64,000 bases of DNA. It comes from Bacilli bacterium. GTDB taxonomy: Bacteria; Bacillota_I; Bacilli_A; RF39; UBA660. Shown one piece after another: positions 50,014 through 59,302 of this stretch. The notes below the pieces were generated by a model. The model worked only from the letters and a program-made list of their open reading frames with translations, had not been told where the DNA came from and searched no databases. Made by a program: the position numbers and the translations under genes. The stretch is taken from positions 13,799 through 77,798 of the forward strand of contig JAFRCK010000031.1 of NCBI GenBank assembly GCA_017404385.1. Direction: 5' to 3'. The first letter of the stretch is position 1; every line of letters starts with the position of its first letter.

Positions 50014-50283
50014 ATGAATAATGATTTATTAGTTTTAACATTAGAAAATGGAGAAGAAAAAGAATTCTATAAATTAGCTGAGTTTAATAGTCTTTCCACA
50101 GGAAAAAATTATATTATGTTTACTGATAAGAGTAATGATTTAGATATAAATAATATTTACTTTAATATAGTTAGTAAAGATGGAGAAAAAATATTATTTG
50201 AGAAAGTAGAATCAGAAGAAGATAAAGAAGAATGTAAAAAAGCATTATCTGAATTAGAAGAAAGATTAAAAAAGAATAGTTAA
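50014..50283 (+). CDS. DUF1292-like small protein
   Basis: MNNDLLVLTLENGEEKEFYKLAEF resembles the DUF1292/YrzB family opening. RBS GGAAGGAG. Terminator at 50272..50296. Confidence 0.5.
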   Translation: MNNDLLVLTLENGEEKEFYKLAEFNSLSTGKNYIMFTDKSNDLDINNIYFNIVSKDGEKILFEKVESEEDKEECKKALSELEERLKKNS

Positions 50284-50294
50284 ACTATTCTTTT

Positions 50295-50783
50295 TTATTT
50301 TATTGGCTGCATATTTTTTTGTTCACCTTTAGTCTTATCATATTTATCATCACTAAATGCTATTATAGCTTGTCCTACTATTGGTAATAAAGCTACTAAT
50401 ATCCAATAGTTTCCTTTTCTATTAAACTTTTTACATAAGGATAAACTAGTAACAATTGATAAAGCTATAGTCGCATGTCCTATTAAATATCTAACCCCAG
50501 GTAACATAGTTCCTATCCATATTAAACTCATCCAACCAGGAAAACCAGATATTTCATATAAAGTCCATCCACTATAGAAAGGAATAATTGCTTCCCAACC
50601 ATTTTTTCCAGCTTTAATAAATAATCTCCATCTATATACAGTAGTAAATATCCATACAGCAATACCTAATAGTATAAGAAAAGTTAATATACCAATACCT
50701 ATACCAGTAATTATATGAGCTTGTTCACTATTGTTATTAAATAAATCTTTAAAAAAGTCTAGTATATTATTATTAGAGTACAT
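50295..50783 (-). CDS. Membrane protein (4 TM)
   Basis: Hydrophobicity profile only. Confidence 0.4.
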   Translation of the reverse strand: MYSNNNILDFFKDLFNNNSEQAHIITGIGIGILTFLILLGIAVWIFTTVYRWRLFIKAGKNGWEAIIPFYSGWTLYEISGFPGWMSLIWIGTMLPGVRYLIGHATIALSIVTSLSLCKKFNRKGNYWILVALLPIVGQAIIAFSDDKYDKTKGEQKNMQPIK

Positions 50784-50890
50784 AATTTTCCTCCCAACAA
50801 GTGTATTATATCATAAATAAATATATTTTTCTTTATAAATAAATGCTTTTTACACTATTTTATGTGTTAAAATGTATATAGGTGATAGTA

Positions 50891-52369
50891 ATGGTTAATA
50901 TTTCTAAATCTTTATATTGTAATTATGTACAATGTAAAAAGATGGTATGGCTTTTAAAAAATAAAATGGAAGAATATGTAGAAACAAAAAATGAGCAAGT
51001 TTTAGATAATGGTAATAAAGTAGGTGATTTAGCTAGAAGATACTTTGGTAATTATAGTTTAGTTAAATATGATGAAGTATTAATTAATATGATCATGGAT
51101 ACTAAAAAACTATTAAAAGATGGAAAAGAAATCATATGTGAAGCATCTTTTAAATTTAATAATCTATTCGCTAGTATAGACGTATTAAAAATTGAAGATG
51201 ATGGTGTTTCCATATATGAAGTAAAAAGTTCTTCAGAAATAAAAGATATTTATAAGGATGATGCATCATTTCAAGCATATATATTAAAAAAACTTGGCTA
51301 TAAAATAAAATCTGTTAATATAATGCACGTTAATAGTAATTATGTACTTGGAAAAGAATTTGATATAAAAGAATTTTTTACTGTTGAAGATATAACAGAT
51401 ATATCTATTTTAAAAGAAAATGAAATAGAAGAATACGTTAAAGAAATGAATGAAGTACTAGATTCAAATAAAGAACCTAATATAGATATAGATAAACAAT
51501 GTTTTAGTCCTTATCCATGTCCTTTTTTTAAGTATTGTACTAAACATTTACCAGAAAAAAATGTATTTGATATTAATGGTAAATTTATAAGATTAAATGA
51601 TAAATTAAAATTATACCATGAAGGAAATTATTCTTATGAAACCTTAATTAACTCGGTAACAAATGAAAAAGCATTAGATCAAATAGACTTTGTACTAAAT
51701 AATAAAAAGCCTAAAATAAATGTAGAAAAGATAAAAGAATTTATGTCAAAGCTAAAATATCCTTTATATTTTTTGGATTATGAAACATGTCAGTTTGTTA
51801 TTCCTGAAATAGAAGGAACTCGTCCTTATCAACAACTTACTTTTCAATATTCATTACATATTTTAGATAAGGAAGATGGTGAATTAATTCATAAAGAGTT
51901 TTTAGCCGATGTAAATGATAAAGATTTTATAAGACATTTTGCAGAAAGCCTTATAAAAGATATACCAGGGGATGGAAGTGTAATAATATATAATAAATCT
52001 TTTGAACCGACTAGAAATAAAGAAATAGCTAGAATGTATCCGGAATTTAAGGAAGATTTAGAAAAAATAAATAGTAACATGATAGATTTTATGATTCCTT
52101 TTTATGAACATTGGTATTATACAAAGGAAATGGAAGGGTCATATTCAATAAAGTATGTTTTACCTGCGTTATATAGAGATGATCCATCTCTTGATTATCA
52201 TAATTTAGATTTAATACATAATGGTGGAGAAGCTTCATCTTCATTTATAGATATGATAGATAAGTCGGAAGAAGAAGTATTAAAGATTAGAAAAGCATTG
52301 CTTAAATACTGTGAATTAGATACATACGCAATGGTTAAGATATATGAAAAATTAAAAGAAATAGAATAA
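50891..52369 (+). CDS. DUF2779-like protein: RecB/Cas4-like N-terminal region with Cys cluster plus RNase-H-like C-terminal region
   Basis: N-terminal CNYVQC. C...PYPCPFFKYC. YFLDYETCQ...RPYQQLTFQYSLH. YCELDTYAMVKIY. Confidence 0.5.
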   Translation: MVNISKSLYCNYVQCKKMVWLLKNKMEEYVETKNEQVLDNGNKVGDLARRYFGNYSLVKYDEVLINMIMDTKKLLKDGKEIICEASFKFNNLFASIDVLKIEDDGVSIYEVKSSSEIKDIYKDDASFQAYILKKLGYKIKSVNIMHVNSNYVLGKEFDIKEFFTVEDITDISILKENEIEEYVKEMNEVLDSNKEPNIDIDKQCFSPYPCPFFKYCTKHLPEKNVFDINGKFIRLNDKLKLYHEGNYSYETLINSVTNEKALDQIDFVLNNKKPKINVEKIKEFMSKLKYPLYFLDYETCQFVIPEIEGTRPYQQLTFQYSLHILDKEDGELIHKEFLADVNDKDFIRHFAESLIKDIPGDGSVIIYNKSFEPTRNKEIARMYPEFKEDLEKINSNMIDFMIPFYEHWYYTKEMEGSYSIKYVLPALYRDDPSLDYHNLDLIHNGGEASSSFIDMIDKSEEEVLKIRKALLKYCELDTYAMVKIYEKLKEIE

Positions 52370-52407
52370 TTAGTAATATAAAACATATTATTCATTAGGT
52401 GAATAAT

Positions 52408-52866
52408 ATGGAAATTAAAGTACAAGGTAAGAATAAAAAATATAGTGAGTTGTTAAAACTAAGTTATTGTGGTAGATTTAGTGATTTAACAACTTTTTTA
52501 TTGTTTAGATATGAATCTTATTTATTTAATAAAACTGATTCTTACTTTTCTAGTAATATGTTAAAAATATCAAATGATTCTTTAATCCATTTAGATATAT
52601 TTGGTAGATTAATTACTCTTTTGGGAGGAATACCTAATCAAATAGATTTTAATATTAATGATATTTTTTATAATGAAGATAAAGAAAAGTTAATAGAAAT
52701 AAATATAAGGTTAATTAAAGAAAAAATAATTTTATATACTAATAATTTAAATCAAATAGATGATGATTATATTAAAGAAATATTATCTAGTTTTATAGTG
52801 GAGGAAAGAAAGAATTTAGAGATATTAGAATTACTTCAATTGAAGTATAAAAGAGAACATTTTTAG
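52408..52866 (+). CDS. Hypothetical protein
   Basis: RBS AGGTGA. No motif recognised. Confidence 0.35.
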   Translation: MEIKVQGKNKKYSELLKLSYCGRFSDLTTFLLFRYESYLFNKTDSYFSSNMLKISNDSLIHLDIFGRLITLLGGIPNQIDFNINDIFYNEDKEKLIEINIRLIKEKIILYTNNLNQIDDDYIKEILSSFIVEERKNLEILELLQLKYKREHF

Positions 52867-52928
52867 GTTATAAAACCTATTTTTTTATTGTATTATAATG
52901 TCATATTTGATATAATTAAAAAGAAAGG

Positions 52929-53465
52929 TTGGTAAAAATGAAGAAGATAAGTTTATTTTTAATATTAGCGTTAGTATTATTTATTCCTTTTATAACAAAT
53001 GTAAAAGCAGATACAAAGGATAAAATAACTATTTATTTCTTTAGAGGAGAAGGATGCCCACATTGTGCTGAAGCAGAGGAATTTTTTGAAGCCTTATCAA
53101 AAGATGAGGAATATGGAAAAATGTTCGAAGTTAAGGACTATGAAGTATGGTATGATGAAAGTAATGCTGCATTTATGGAAGAAGTAGCCGCTAAATTAGA
53201 TACACAGGTAAATGGAGTTCCTTTTATAGTTATTGGAGATAAGTATTTCTCTGGTTTTGCTTCATCAATGGAAGATCAAGTAAAAGAAACTATAAAGGAT
53301 GCTTATAATAGTGAAGACTATACTGATGTAGTTGCTGGAAACAATAATGGTAATAAAAAAGAAAAAAAAGAAGAAAGTAATCCACTTATTCCTATAATTA
53401 TTGTTTCAGTTATTGCAGTTGGGACTATCGCTGGTTTAGTATTTTTAACTAAAGAAAAGAAATAG
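52929..53465 (+). CDS. Secreted thioredoxin-fold protein (CPHC) with a C-terminal TM anchor
   Basis: Signal peptide. FFRGEGCPHCAEAEEF...GVPFIVIG. Terminator at 53461..53483. Confidence 0.65.
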   Translation: MVKMKKISLFLILALVLFIPFITNVKADTKDKITIYFFRGEGCPHCAEAEEFFEALSKDEEYGKMFEVKDYEVWYDESNAAFMEEVAAKLDTQVNGVPFIVIGDKYFSGFASSMEDQVKETIKDAYNSEDYTDVVAGNNNGNKKEKKEESNPLIPIIIVSVIAVGTIAGLVFLTKEKK

Positions 53466-53484
53466 ACATTAGTCTATTTTTAAT

Positions 53485-53560
53485 GGCCTGTTGGTGAAGC
53501 GGTTAACACATTGCCCTCTCAAGGCAACATTCATGGGTTCAAGTCCCATACAGGTCACCA
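53485..53560 (+). tRNA. trnE: tRNA-Glu (anticodon read as CTC)
   Basis: Acceptor GGCCTGT/ACAGGTC+A+CCA. Anticodon stem TTGCC/GGCAA with loop CTCTCAA. T-arm ATGGG-TTCAAGT-CCCAT. Terminator at 53572..53599. Confidence 0.8.
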
Positions 53561-53622
53561 TATTGATTATAAAGAACTGACATAAGTCAGTTCTTTTTTC
53601 ATATAATTAAATAGGTGATTTT

Positions 53623-54624
53623 ATGGTTATTATTGATGCATATAGAGGTGGAGAAGATATTGGTTATTCAAATAATGGTTTAATTGAAAAAGATTTTAAT
53701 TTGATGATTAGTAAGTATATTAGTAAAAGACTTAGTGAATTAGGTATAAATAATTATTTGACTAGGGAAAATGATACTAATTTAAATATAAATGAAAGAT
53801 CAAATAGAATTAAGAGTATTTATGGAAATAATTCAAATGTAATAGCTATATCAAATAGGTTAAATTATGGAGATGAAAATGGAGTAGAAATAGTTTATTC
53901 ACTTAAAAATAGTAATGAATTAGCTAACAAATTAGAAAAATCTTTTAATGATAGAGATATCTATGTTAATAAGGTCTATCAAAGAAGAGATGAAAATGAT
54001 ACTAGTAAAGATTATGATGATTTATTAAAACAAACTGGAAATGTTCAAACAGTAATTATTAATTATGGATATATAAATAATAAAGATGATTTAGATAATT
54101 TAAAAAATAATTTTGAAAAATATGGTGAATCAGTAGTAAAAACAATTGCCAATTATTATAATGTGCCATATACATATATAAGTAATAATGAATATATAGT
54201 AAAAAAAGGAGATAGTTTATGGTCTATATCTAGGTTATATAATACAACAGTAGATGAACTAAAAAGAATTAATAAATTAAGTTCCAATATTCTAACAATA
54301 GGTCAAATAATTAAATTACCATCAGTAGATAGCAATACATCAATAGATACTTATACGGTAAAAAAAGGAGATAGTTTATGGTCCATATCTCAAAAGTTTA
54401 ATACTACTGTTTCTATCTTAAAATCAATTAATAATTTAAATTCTAATATCTTATCCATAGGGCAAGTATTAAAAATTCCATCGAGCAATAAATATATAGT
54501 AAAAAAGGGAGATAGTCTTTGGTCTATATCAAGGTTATATAATATAACAGTAGATGAATTGAAAAAACTAAATAACTTAAGTTCAAATATCTTATCCATA
54601 GGACAAGTATTAATTATTCCTTAA
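53623..54624 (+). CDS. Amidase_3-like protein with three LysM repeats; predicted Zn-ligand histidines replaced (likely catalytically inactive paralog)
   Basis: IIDAYRGGED aligns with IVIDAGHGGSD. ISNRLNYG aligns with ISNHLNAG. So His to Arg at both positions. Confidence 0.75.
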   Translation: MVIIDAYRGGEDIGYSNNGLIEKDFNLMISKYISKRLSELGINNYLTRENDTNLNINERSNRIKSIYGNNSNVIAISNRLNYGDENGVEIVYSLKNSNELANKLEKSFNDRDIYVNKVYQRRDENDTSKDYDDLLKQTGNVQTVIINYGYINNKDDLDNLKNNFEKYGESVVKTIANYYNVPYTYISNNEYIVKKGDSLWSISRLYNTTVDELKRINKLSSNILTIGQIIKLPSVDSNTSIDTYTVKKGDSLWSISQKFNTTVSILKSINNLNSNILSIGQVLKIPSSNKYIVKKGDSLWSISRLYNITVDELKKLNNLSSNILSIGQVLIIP

Positions 54625-54678
54625 AAAGTATTATTTTTTTTAAAATGATGATATAATTATGATAGAAAGGAGTAGACA

Positions 54679-55323
54679 ATGAGAAAGTATATTTGTGAGT
54701 TTGTTGGAACTTTTGTTCTAGTACTTGTTGGATGTGGAGTTGCTTCAATAACAGGTGGAGAATTAGTTGCTACATCATTAGCTTTTGGATTAGTTATAGT
54801 AGCTATGGCATATTCAATAGGAAATATATCAGGATGTCATATTAATCCAGCAGTATCTTTATCTATGCTTTTAACTAAACAAATGACATTAAAAGAATTT
54901 GGTTGTTATGTAGCAGCTCAATTCTTAGGTGGTATTTCAGGTGCCGCTACATTAGGTTTATTAAATAAATTTAGTGCACTTGGTACAAATGGTTATGGTG
55001 AAGGTACATTATCTTATAATGTATGGATTGCATTATTAGTTGAAGTAATACTAACTTTTATATTTGTTTTAACTATTTTAGGTGTAACATCTAAAAAGGA
55101 AAATAGTCATACAGTTGGTATTGTTATTGGTTTAACATTAATGCTAGTACATTTATTAGGAATTGCATTTACTGGAACAAGCGTTAATCCAGCTAGAAGT
55201 TTTGGTCCTGCTTTATTACAAGGTGGAGAAGCATTATCTCAAGTATGGGTATTTATTTTAGCACCTATGGTTGGATCAGCATTAGCATCGTTGTTCTATA
55301 AATACGTTTTAAAAACAAAATAA
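54679..55323 (+). CDS. Aquaporin/MIP-family channel
   Basis: Two NPA boxes (SGCHINPAVS and SVNPARSFGP). Six TM helices. Confidence 0.9.
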   Translation: MRKYICEFVGTFVLVLVGCGVASITGGELVATSLAFGLVIVAMAYSIGNISGCHINPAVSLSMLLTKQMTLKEFGCYVAAQFLGGISGAATLGLLNKFSALGTNGYGEGTLSYNVWIALLVEVILTFIFVLTILGVTSKKENSHTVGIVIGLTLMLVHLLGIAFTGTSVNPARSFGPALLQGGEALSQVWVFILAPMVGSALASLFYKYVLKTK

Positions 55324-55341
55324 AAACATCTTCGGATGTTT

Positions 55342-55695
55342 TTATTTTTCTCTTAAAGAAAGATTTTCATTATTATCAAATGAATATATAAATGTATAAG
55401 TTTTTCCAGTTTCATCTTCAATTGTAAATTCATAATCTTTATTTATATTACCAGCTAATTTCACTTCATATTCATCATCTTTTTTTGTTATTATTGTCTC
55501 TTGATTATTATCAGTAGATGCATAAATAATTGTATTTTCATTTATTATTATGTCATACTGATTTAAGGAAATAGTAGTTTGTGCCATCTTTTCATTATTA
55601 TTTAATATAGAAAAGATTATGAAATATAACACTAAAATTATGAATAGTATCATAACCACTTTTTTCCAAGTAATTTTATTTGAAATATTTTTCAT
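55342..55695 (-). CDS. Hypothetical membrane-anchored protein
   Basis: N-terminal TM. Bidirectional terminator at 55322..55348. Confidence 0.4.
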   Translation of the reverse strand: MKNISNKITWKKVVMILFIILVLYFIIFSILNNNEKMAQTTISLNQYDIIINENTIIYASTDNNQETIITKKDDEYEVKLAGNINKDYEFTIEDETGKTYTFIYSFDNNENLSLREK

Positions 55696-55773
55696 ATAAA
55701 ACCCCTTTCTTTAAAAATATTATAACATATTTTTTAAAAAAAATATGTTATAATCATTATAGTAGGTGATAGA

Positions 55774-56577
55774 ATGTTAGATTTTAATGAATTATTTGAT
55801 AATACTTGGTTTCAAAAAGGTATTAAAGTCGCTATAACTGTTATAGTAGGTATAATTATTTATTCAATAATCGCTGGCATTATAAAAAAATATTCTAATT
55901 CAGCGAAGGTAGAGGCTATAAAGAATAAAGCGAACGTTAGAACATATTTAAATTTAATAATTAATATTATAAGATATATTTTTATGTTAATAATGTTATT
56001 AGTAATTCTAAAAATATTAGAAGTTGATATTACATCAATAGTCGCAGGAGTTGGAATATTTGGAGCTGTATTTGCATTAATACTTCAAGATTTCTTTAAA
56101 GATATAACTAGAGGTAGTAATATTATTTCAGCCGATTATTTTAAAGTAGGAGATGTAGTTAAGTATAAAGATGTTGAAGGAAAAGTAGTATACTTAGGAT
56201 TAAAGAATACTAAGATACAAGTATTAAAAACTAATAATATTATGAGTATCGCTAATAGAAATATAGAGGAAATAGAAGTGTTATCTCATGATATATTTAT
56301 TAATCTTCCACTTCCATACGAATTAAAAGTTAAAGATGCTGAAAAAATAATAGATAAAGCTATAGTTAAAATAACTAAACTTAGTAATGTAGAAGGTGCT
56401 AAATATTTAGGGACAAATGTATTAGCTGATTCAAGTATTCAATACTTAATAAATGTTAAGTGTAATCCATTAAATAAATTACAGGTGAATAGGGATTCAA
56501 TTAGAGAATTATTATTAACTTTAGAGGATAATAATATATCTGTACCATATAATCAATTGGATGTTCATCAAAAATAA
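55774..56577 (+). CDS. MscS-family mechanosensitive channel
   Basis: Three TM plus the MscS beta-domain VAGVGIFGAVFALILQDFFKDITRG...GDVV...GKVV. Confidence 0.85.
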   Translation: MLDFNELFDNTWFQKGIKVAITVIVGIIIYSIIAGIIKKYSNSAKVEAIKNKANVRTYLNLIINIIRYIFMLIMLLVILKILEVDITSIVAGVGIFGAVFALILQDFFKDITRGSNIISADYFKVGDVVKYKDVEGKVVYLGLKNTKIQVLKTNNIMSIANRNIEEIEVLSHDIFINLPLPYELKVKDAEKIIDKAIVKITKLSNVEGAKYLGTNVLADSSIQYLINVKCNPLNKLQVNRDSIRELLLTLEDNNISVPYNQLDVHQK

Positions 56578-56966
56578 AAAAGCCAAAATTATTTTGACTT
56601 TTTTATTTTTCTAATTCTAATTAAAGTTTCTATTAGGGAATATATAATTGCAAATATTAGAGGTATTACTATATCACCAATAATAGAGTATTTAAATGGC
56701 TTTTTTCCAATAATAAGATCCATAATAGGCTAAAGCTATTACGGCTACAACAAAAGATCCTATAAAAGTAAAACTAAAGTATTGAAAATTAGTAACTTCG
56801 TTTTTCTTTAATCCTCCAATTAAATATAGTATATCAAATATAGTTTCATATATCAAAAAAAGAACCTATTGGTTCTCTTTCTATTTTACTGGGGCTTTTC
56901 TAATACTAATATAAGAAATTATGTCCTCACTTTGTTAGTTATATTATAACATATATTTTAAAACTA

Positions 56967-57578
56967 TTAATTATTATCAAGTTCATCCATAGTGTAAGTA
57001 TTATATCCTTCATATTGATAGCTAACATCAATACCTTTCATGTATACTTCTCTATCATTAATCTTATCAGTTAATGCTTTTTCTAATAATACTTTTATTT
57101 CAGTATCTTTAATAGGGCTTCTTTCCATAGCTAATAAGTATTCTTCTTTATCTACTTTACTCCAGTCAATAACTTTACCCAATTCTCTTTTTAATATCAT
57201 ATCAAGCCATATTCTTGTACTTCTTCCATTACCTTCCCTAAATGGGTGAGCTACATTCATTTCTACATATTTTTTTATAATATCATCAAAATTACTTTGT
57301 GGCATTTCATCAATCTTTTTCAAAACTTCTTCTAAATACATAACTGGTGCAAATCTAAAATTGCCTTTAGCAATATTTACATTTCTCATTTTACCAGCAA
57401 AATCATAAATTTCTGAAAATAAAAAATTATGAATAGAAGAAAGTCCTTTAAATGTTCCAACTTCAAACTCATTTATTTTGTTGGTATCAAATAATTCTAA
57501 TGCTTTTAATTTTGTATTTTTTTCTTCTTCGTTTGCTAATTCAATTTCATTAGTTATTCCTAGTTTATTTTCTAACAT
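56967..57578 (-). CDS. Fic-family protein (small class); start assigned to the internal ATG with RBS AGGGGTGA
   Basis: Fic motif AHPFREGNGRSTRIW. Minus-strand terminator at 56854..56877. Confidence 0.8.
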   Translation of the reverse strand: MLENKLGITNEIELANEEEKNTKLKALELFDTNKINEFEVGTFKGLSSIHNFLFSEIYDFAGKMRNVNIAKGNFRFAPVMYLEEVLKKIDEMPQSNFDDIIKKYVEMNVAHPFREGNGRSTRIWLDMILKRELGKVIDWSKVDKEEYLLAMERSPIKDTEIKVLLEKALTDKINDREVYMKGIDVSYQYEGYNTYTMDELDNN

Positions 57579-57639
57579 TTTATCACCCCTATAACTATTA
57601 ATATTATACCATATTATCGTTAATTTTACTACTAGAATA

Positions 57640-58233
57640 CTACCATTCAATGATATTTAAATTATTAAATCTTTCATTCCAACTTGAAGCTTTTTTATCA
57701 TATATTTCTTTAGTATTATATTTATGTTTAATCGGTCTAATTGTTTTACTATAAATATCACTTAATCCATATGGTGCATATATTTTTATTTCACCATTAT
57801 CCTTTGTTATTCCAATAGCATGAACTGTGGCAATCCATTTATCAATTGCATCTTCAGAGCATTTATAAGGTTCTACGTCAATATTAAATTTTTCTTTTTT
57901 CCATAAATGCATTCTAGCTTCATTAGATACATCTATTTCATATTTATAGCCCTTATTCTTACAAAACTCATTTATTAGGTTATAATATTCAATATCTTTA
58001 TTAACTGATAAATCAGTATTATCATAGTAGATAACATCTATATCTTTTATATTATAGTTTAAATCTTTTTTATCATAGTAATTCCAAACAGTTTGAAATA
58101 CACTTCCAGCTGCAATATAATAATTTGGTAATTTTAATGTTTCAATATAATCCAAAACATCCATTAAATTAATATTCTTTTTTAGAATAGAAATTATTTT
58201 TTCATTCTGTTCATAAAGACTTTTATATTTCAT
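57640..58233 (-). CDS. Nucleotidyltransferase-family (Pol-beta-like) protein
   Basis: YYIAAGSVFQTVWNYYDKKD...IKDIDVIYYD (GS...D.D NTase core). Immediately upstream of Fic on the same strand. Confidence 0.5.
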   Translation of the reverse strand: MKYKSLYEQNEKIISILKKNINLMDVLDYIETLKLPNYYIAAGSVFQTVWNYYDKKDLNYNIKDIDVIYYDNTDLSVNKDIEYYNLINEFCKNKGYKYEIDVSNEARMHLWKKEKFNIDVEPYKCSEDAIDKWIATVHAIGITKDNGEIKIYAPYGLSDIYSKTIRPIKHKYNTKEIYDKKASSWNERFNNLNIIEW

Positions 58234-58316
58234 ATTATTACCTACTTTCTATAAACAATTATATCATACTCTGCCCCATAAAAAAACGAACTTATTAAAA
58301 GTTCGACTTTTTTTAA

Positions 58317-58393
58317 TGGGGCGGAATAAGGGGATCGAACCCTTGCATACCGGAGCCACAATCCGGCGTGTTAACCACTTCACCAACTCCGCC
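58317..58393 (-). tRNA. trnH: tRNA-His (anticodon GTG) with G-1
   Basis: Minus-strand sequence: G-1 + GCGGAGT... Anticodon stem CCGGA/TCCGG with loop TTGTGGC. T-arm AAGGG-TTCGATC-CCCTT. ATTCCGC + C + CCA. Terminator at 58281..58314. Confidence 0.85.
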
Positions 58394-58517
58394 ATAAATT
58401 GATTGCATACATAATATATCATATTTTTAAATAAATAACAATATATAAAATAATATTTTGCAAATAAAAAAAGATAGATTGTTTGAAGTGAACTATTTGG
58501 GGTTCACTTCAATTGTT

Positions 58518-59231
58518 CTATCTTAATTTTATTATTGAATACATTATTACCATACCAACTATAATAGCGATTATACTAATTATGATTGCACTGGCATTTC
58601 CTTTTTCATCAAGTGATTCAGGTAGATCTTCAGGCATCATTTCTTTTACCTCATCATCTTCATCTTCAAATACTGTTGGTTTTATACCTTCATCTTCATC
58701 TTCAGCATCACTATCAGTACCATTATATAAAGCATCTACTAGTTCATTATAATTATTTGGAGTAATATCTGGCTCTATATCCTCATCTTCTTCAACAGGC
58801 AATTCATCATTATAGTTATATGCTGGTTCTTCACCTGTATCTTCTTCAACACGTTCTTTTATTTCTTCTAATTTTTCTCTTTGTTTTCTTTCAAGATATT
58901 CATTATACTTAACTTGCATGTCTCTACTAAATGTTTCAAGTTCTTTTTCTATAATTTCAAATGGTTTACTTAAGTCATCATTATTATATTTCTTTAAGAA
59001 ATTAACATATTCTTCTTCTGTAATAATAGGATTATTTTTTGCACATTCGTTTAATCTTGTAATAATTTCTTTTCTTCTTGTTTCTTTTAAATCGGATTTA
59101 TATTTTTCAAATAATTTTTTCTTTTGTTCATCTGAAAGATTAGGATTATTTAAAATATCCATAACATCGCTATTGTTGTAATCAAAACTTCCTACCATAA
59201 AACCTTCTCCTATTCTATGTACATTATACAC
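58518..59231 (-). CDS. Hypothetical acidic protein with a C-terminal TM anchor
   Basis: DE-rich middle region. C-terminal hydrophobic helix. Long two-tier terminator hairpin at 58461..58524. Confidence 0.4.
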   Translation of the reverse strand: MYNVHRIGEGFMVGSFDYNNSDVMDILNNPNLSDEQKKKLFEKYKSDLKETRRKEIITRLNECAKNNPIITEEEYVNFLKKYNNDDLSKPFEIIEKELETFSRDMQVKYNEYLERKQREKLEEIKERVEEDTGEEPAYNYNDELPVEEDEDIEPDITPNNYNELVDALYNGTDSDAEDEDEGIKPTVFEDEDDEVKEMMPEDLPESLDEKGNASAIIISIIAIIVGMVIMYSIIKLR

Positions 59232-59302
59232 TTAAAATGTATAGCTTGTAAAGTGGTTTTACTTATTTTATAACAAAAAAAGCCATATTTCGGCCTTTTT
59301 TT

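Noticed and set aside
56578-56966. Small minus-strand membrane ORF in the 389-nt ORF-free region between mscS and fic (has GGAGG)
   Set aside because: The frame following the GGAGG has no ATG/GTG/TTG start. The only ATG-initiated frame lacks an RBS. The region is more likely a 3' UTR/terminator zone (terminator at 56854..56877). An sRNA cannot be excluded.
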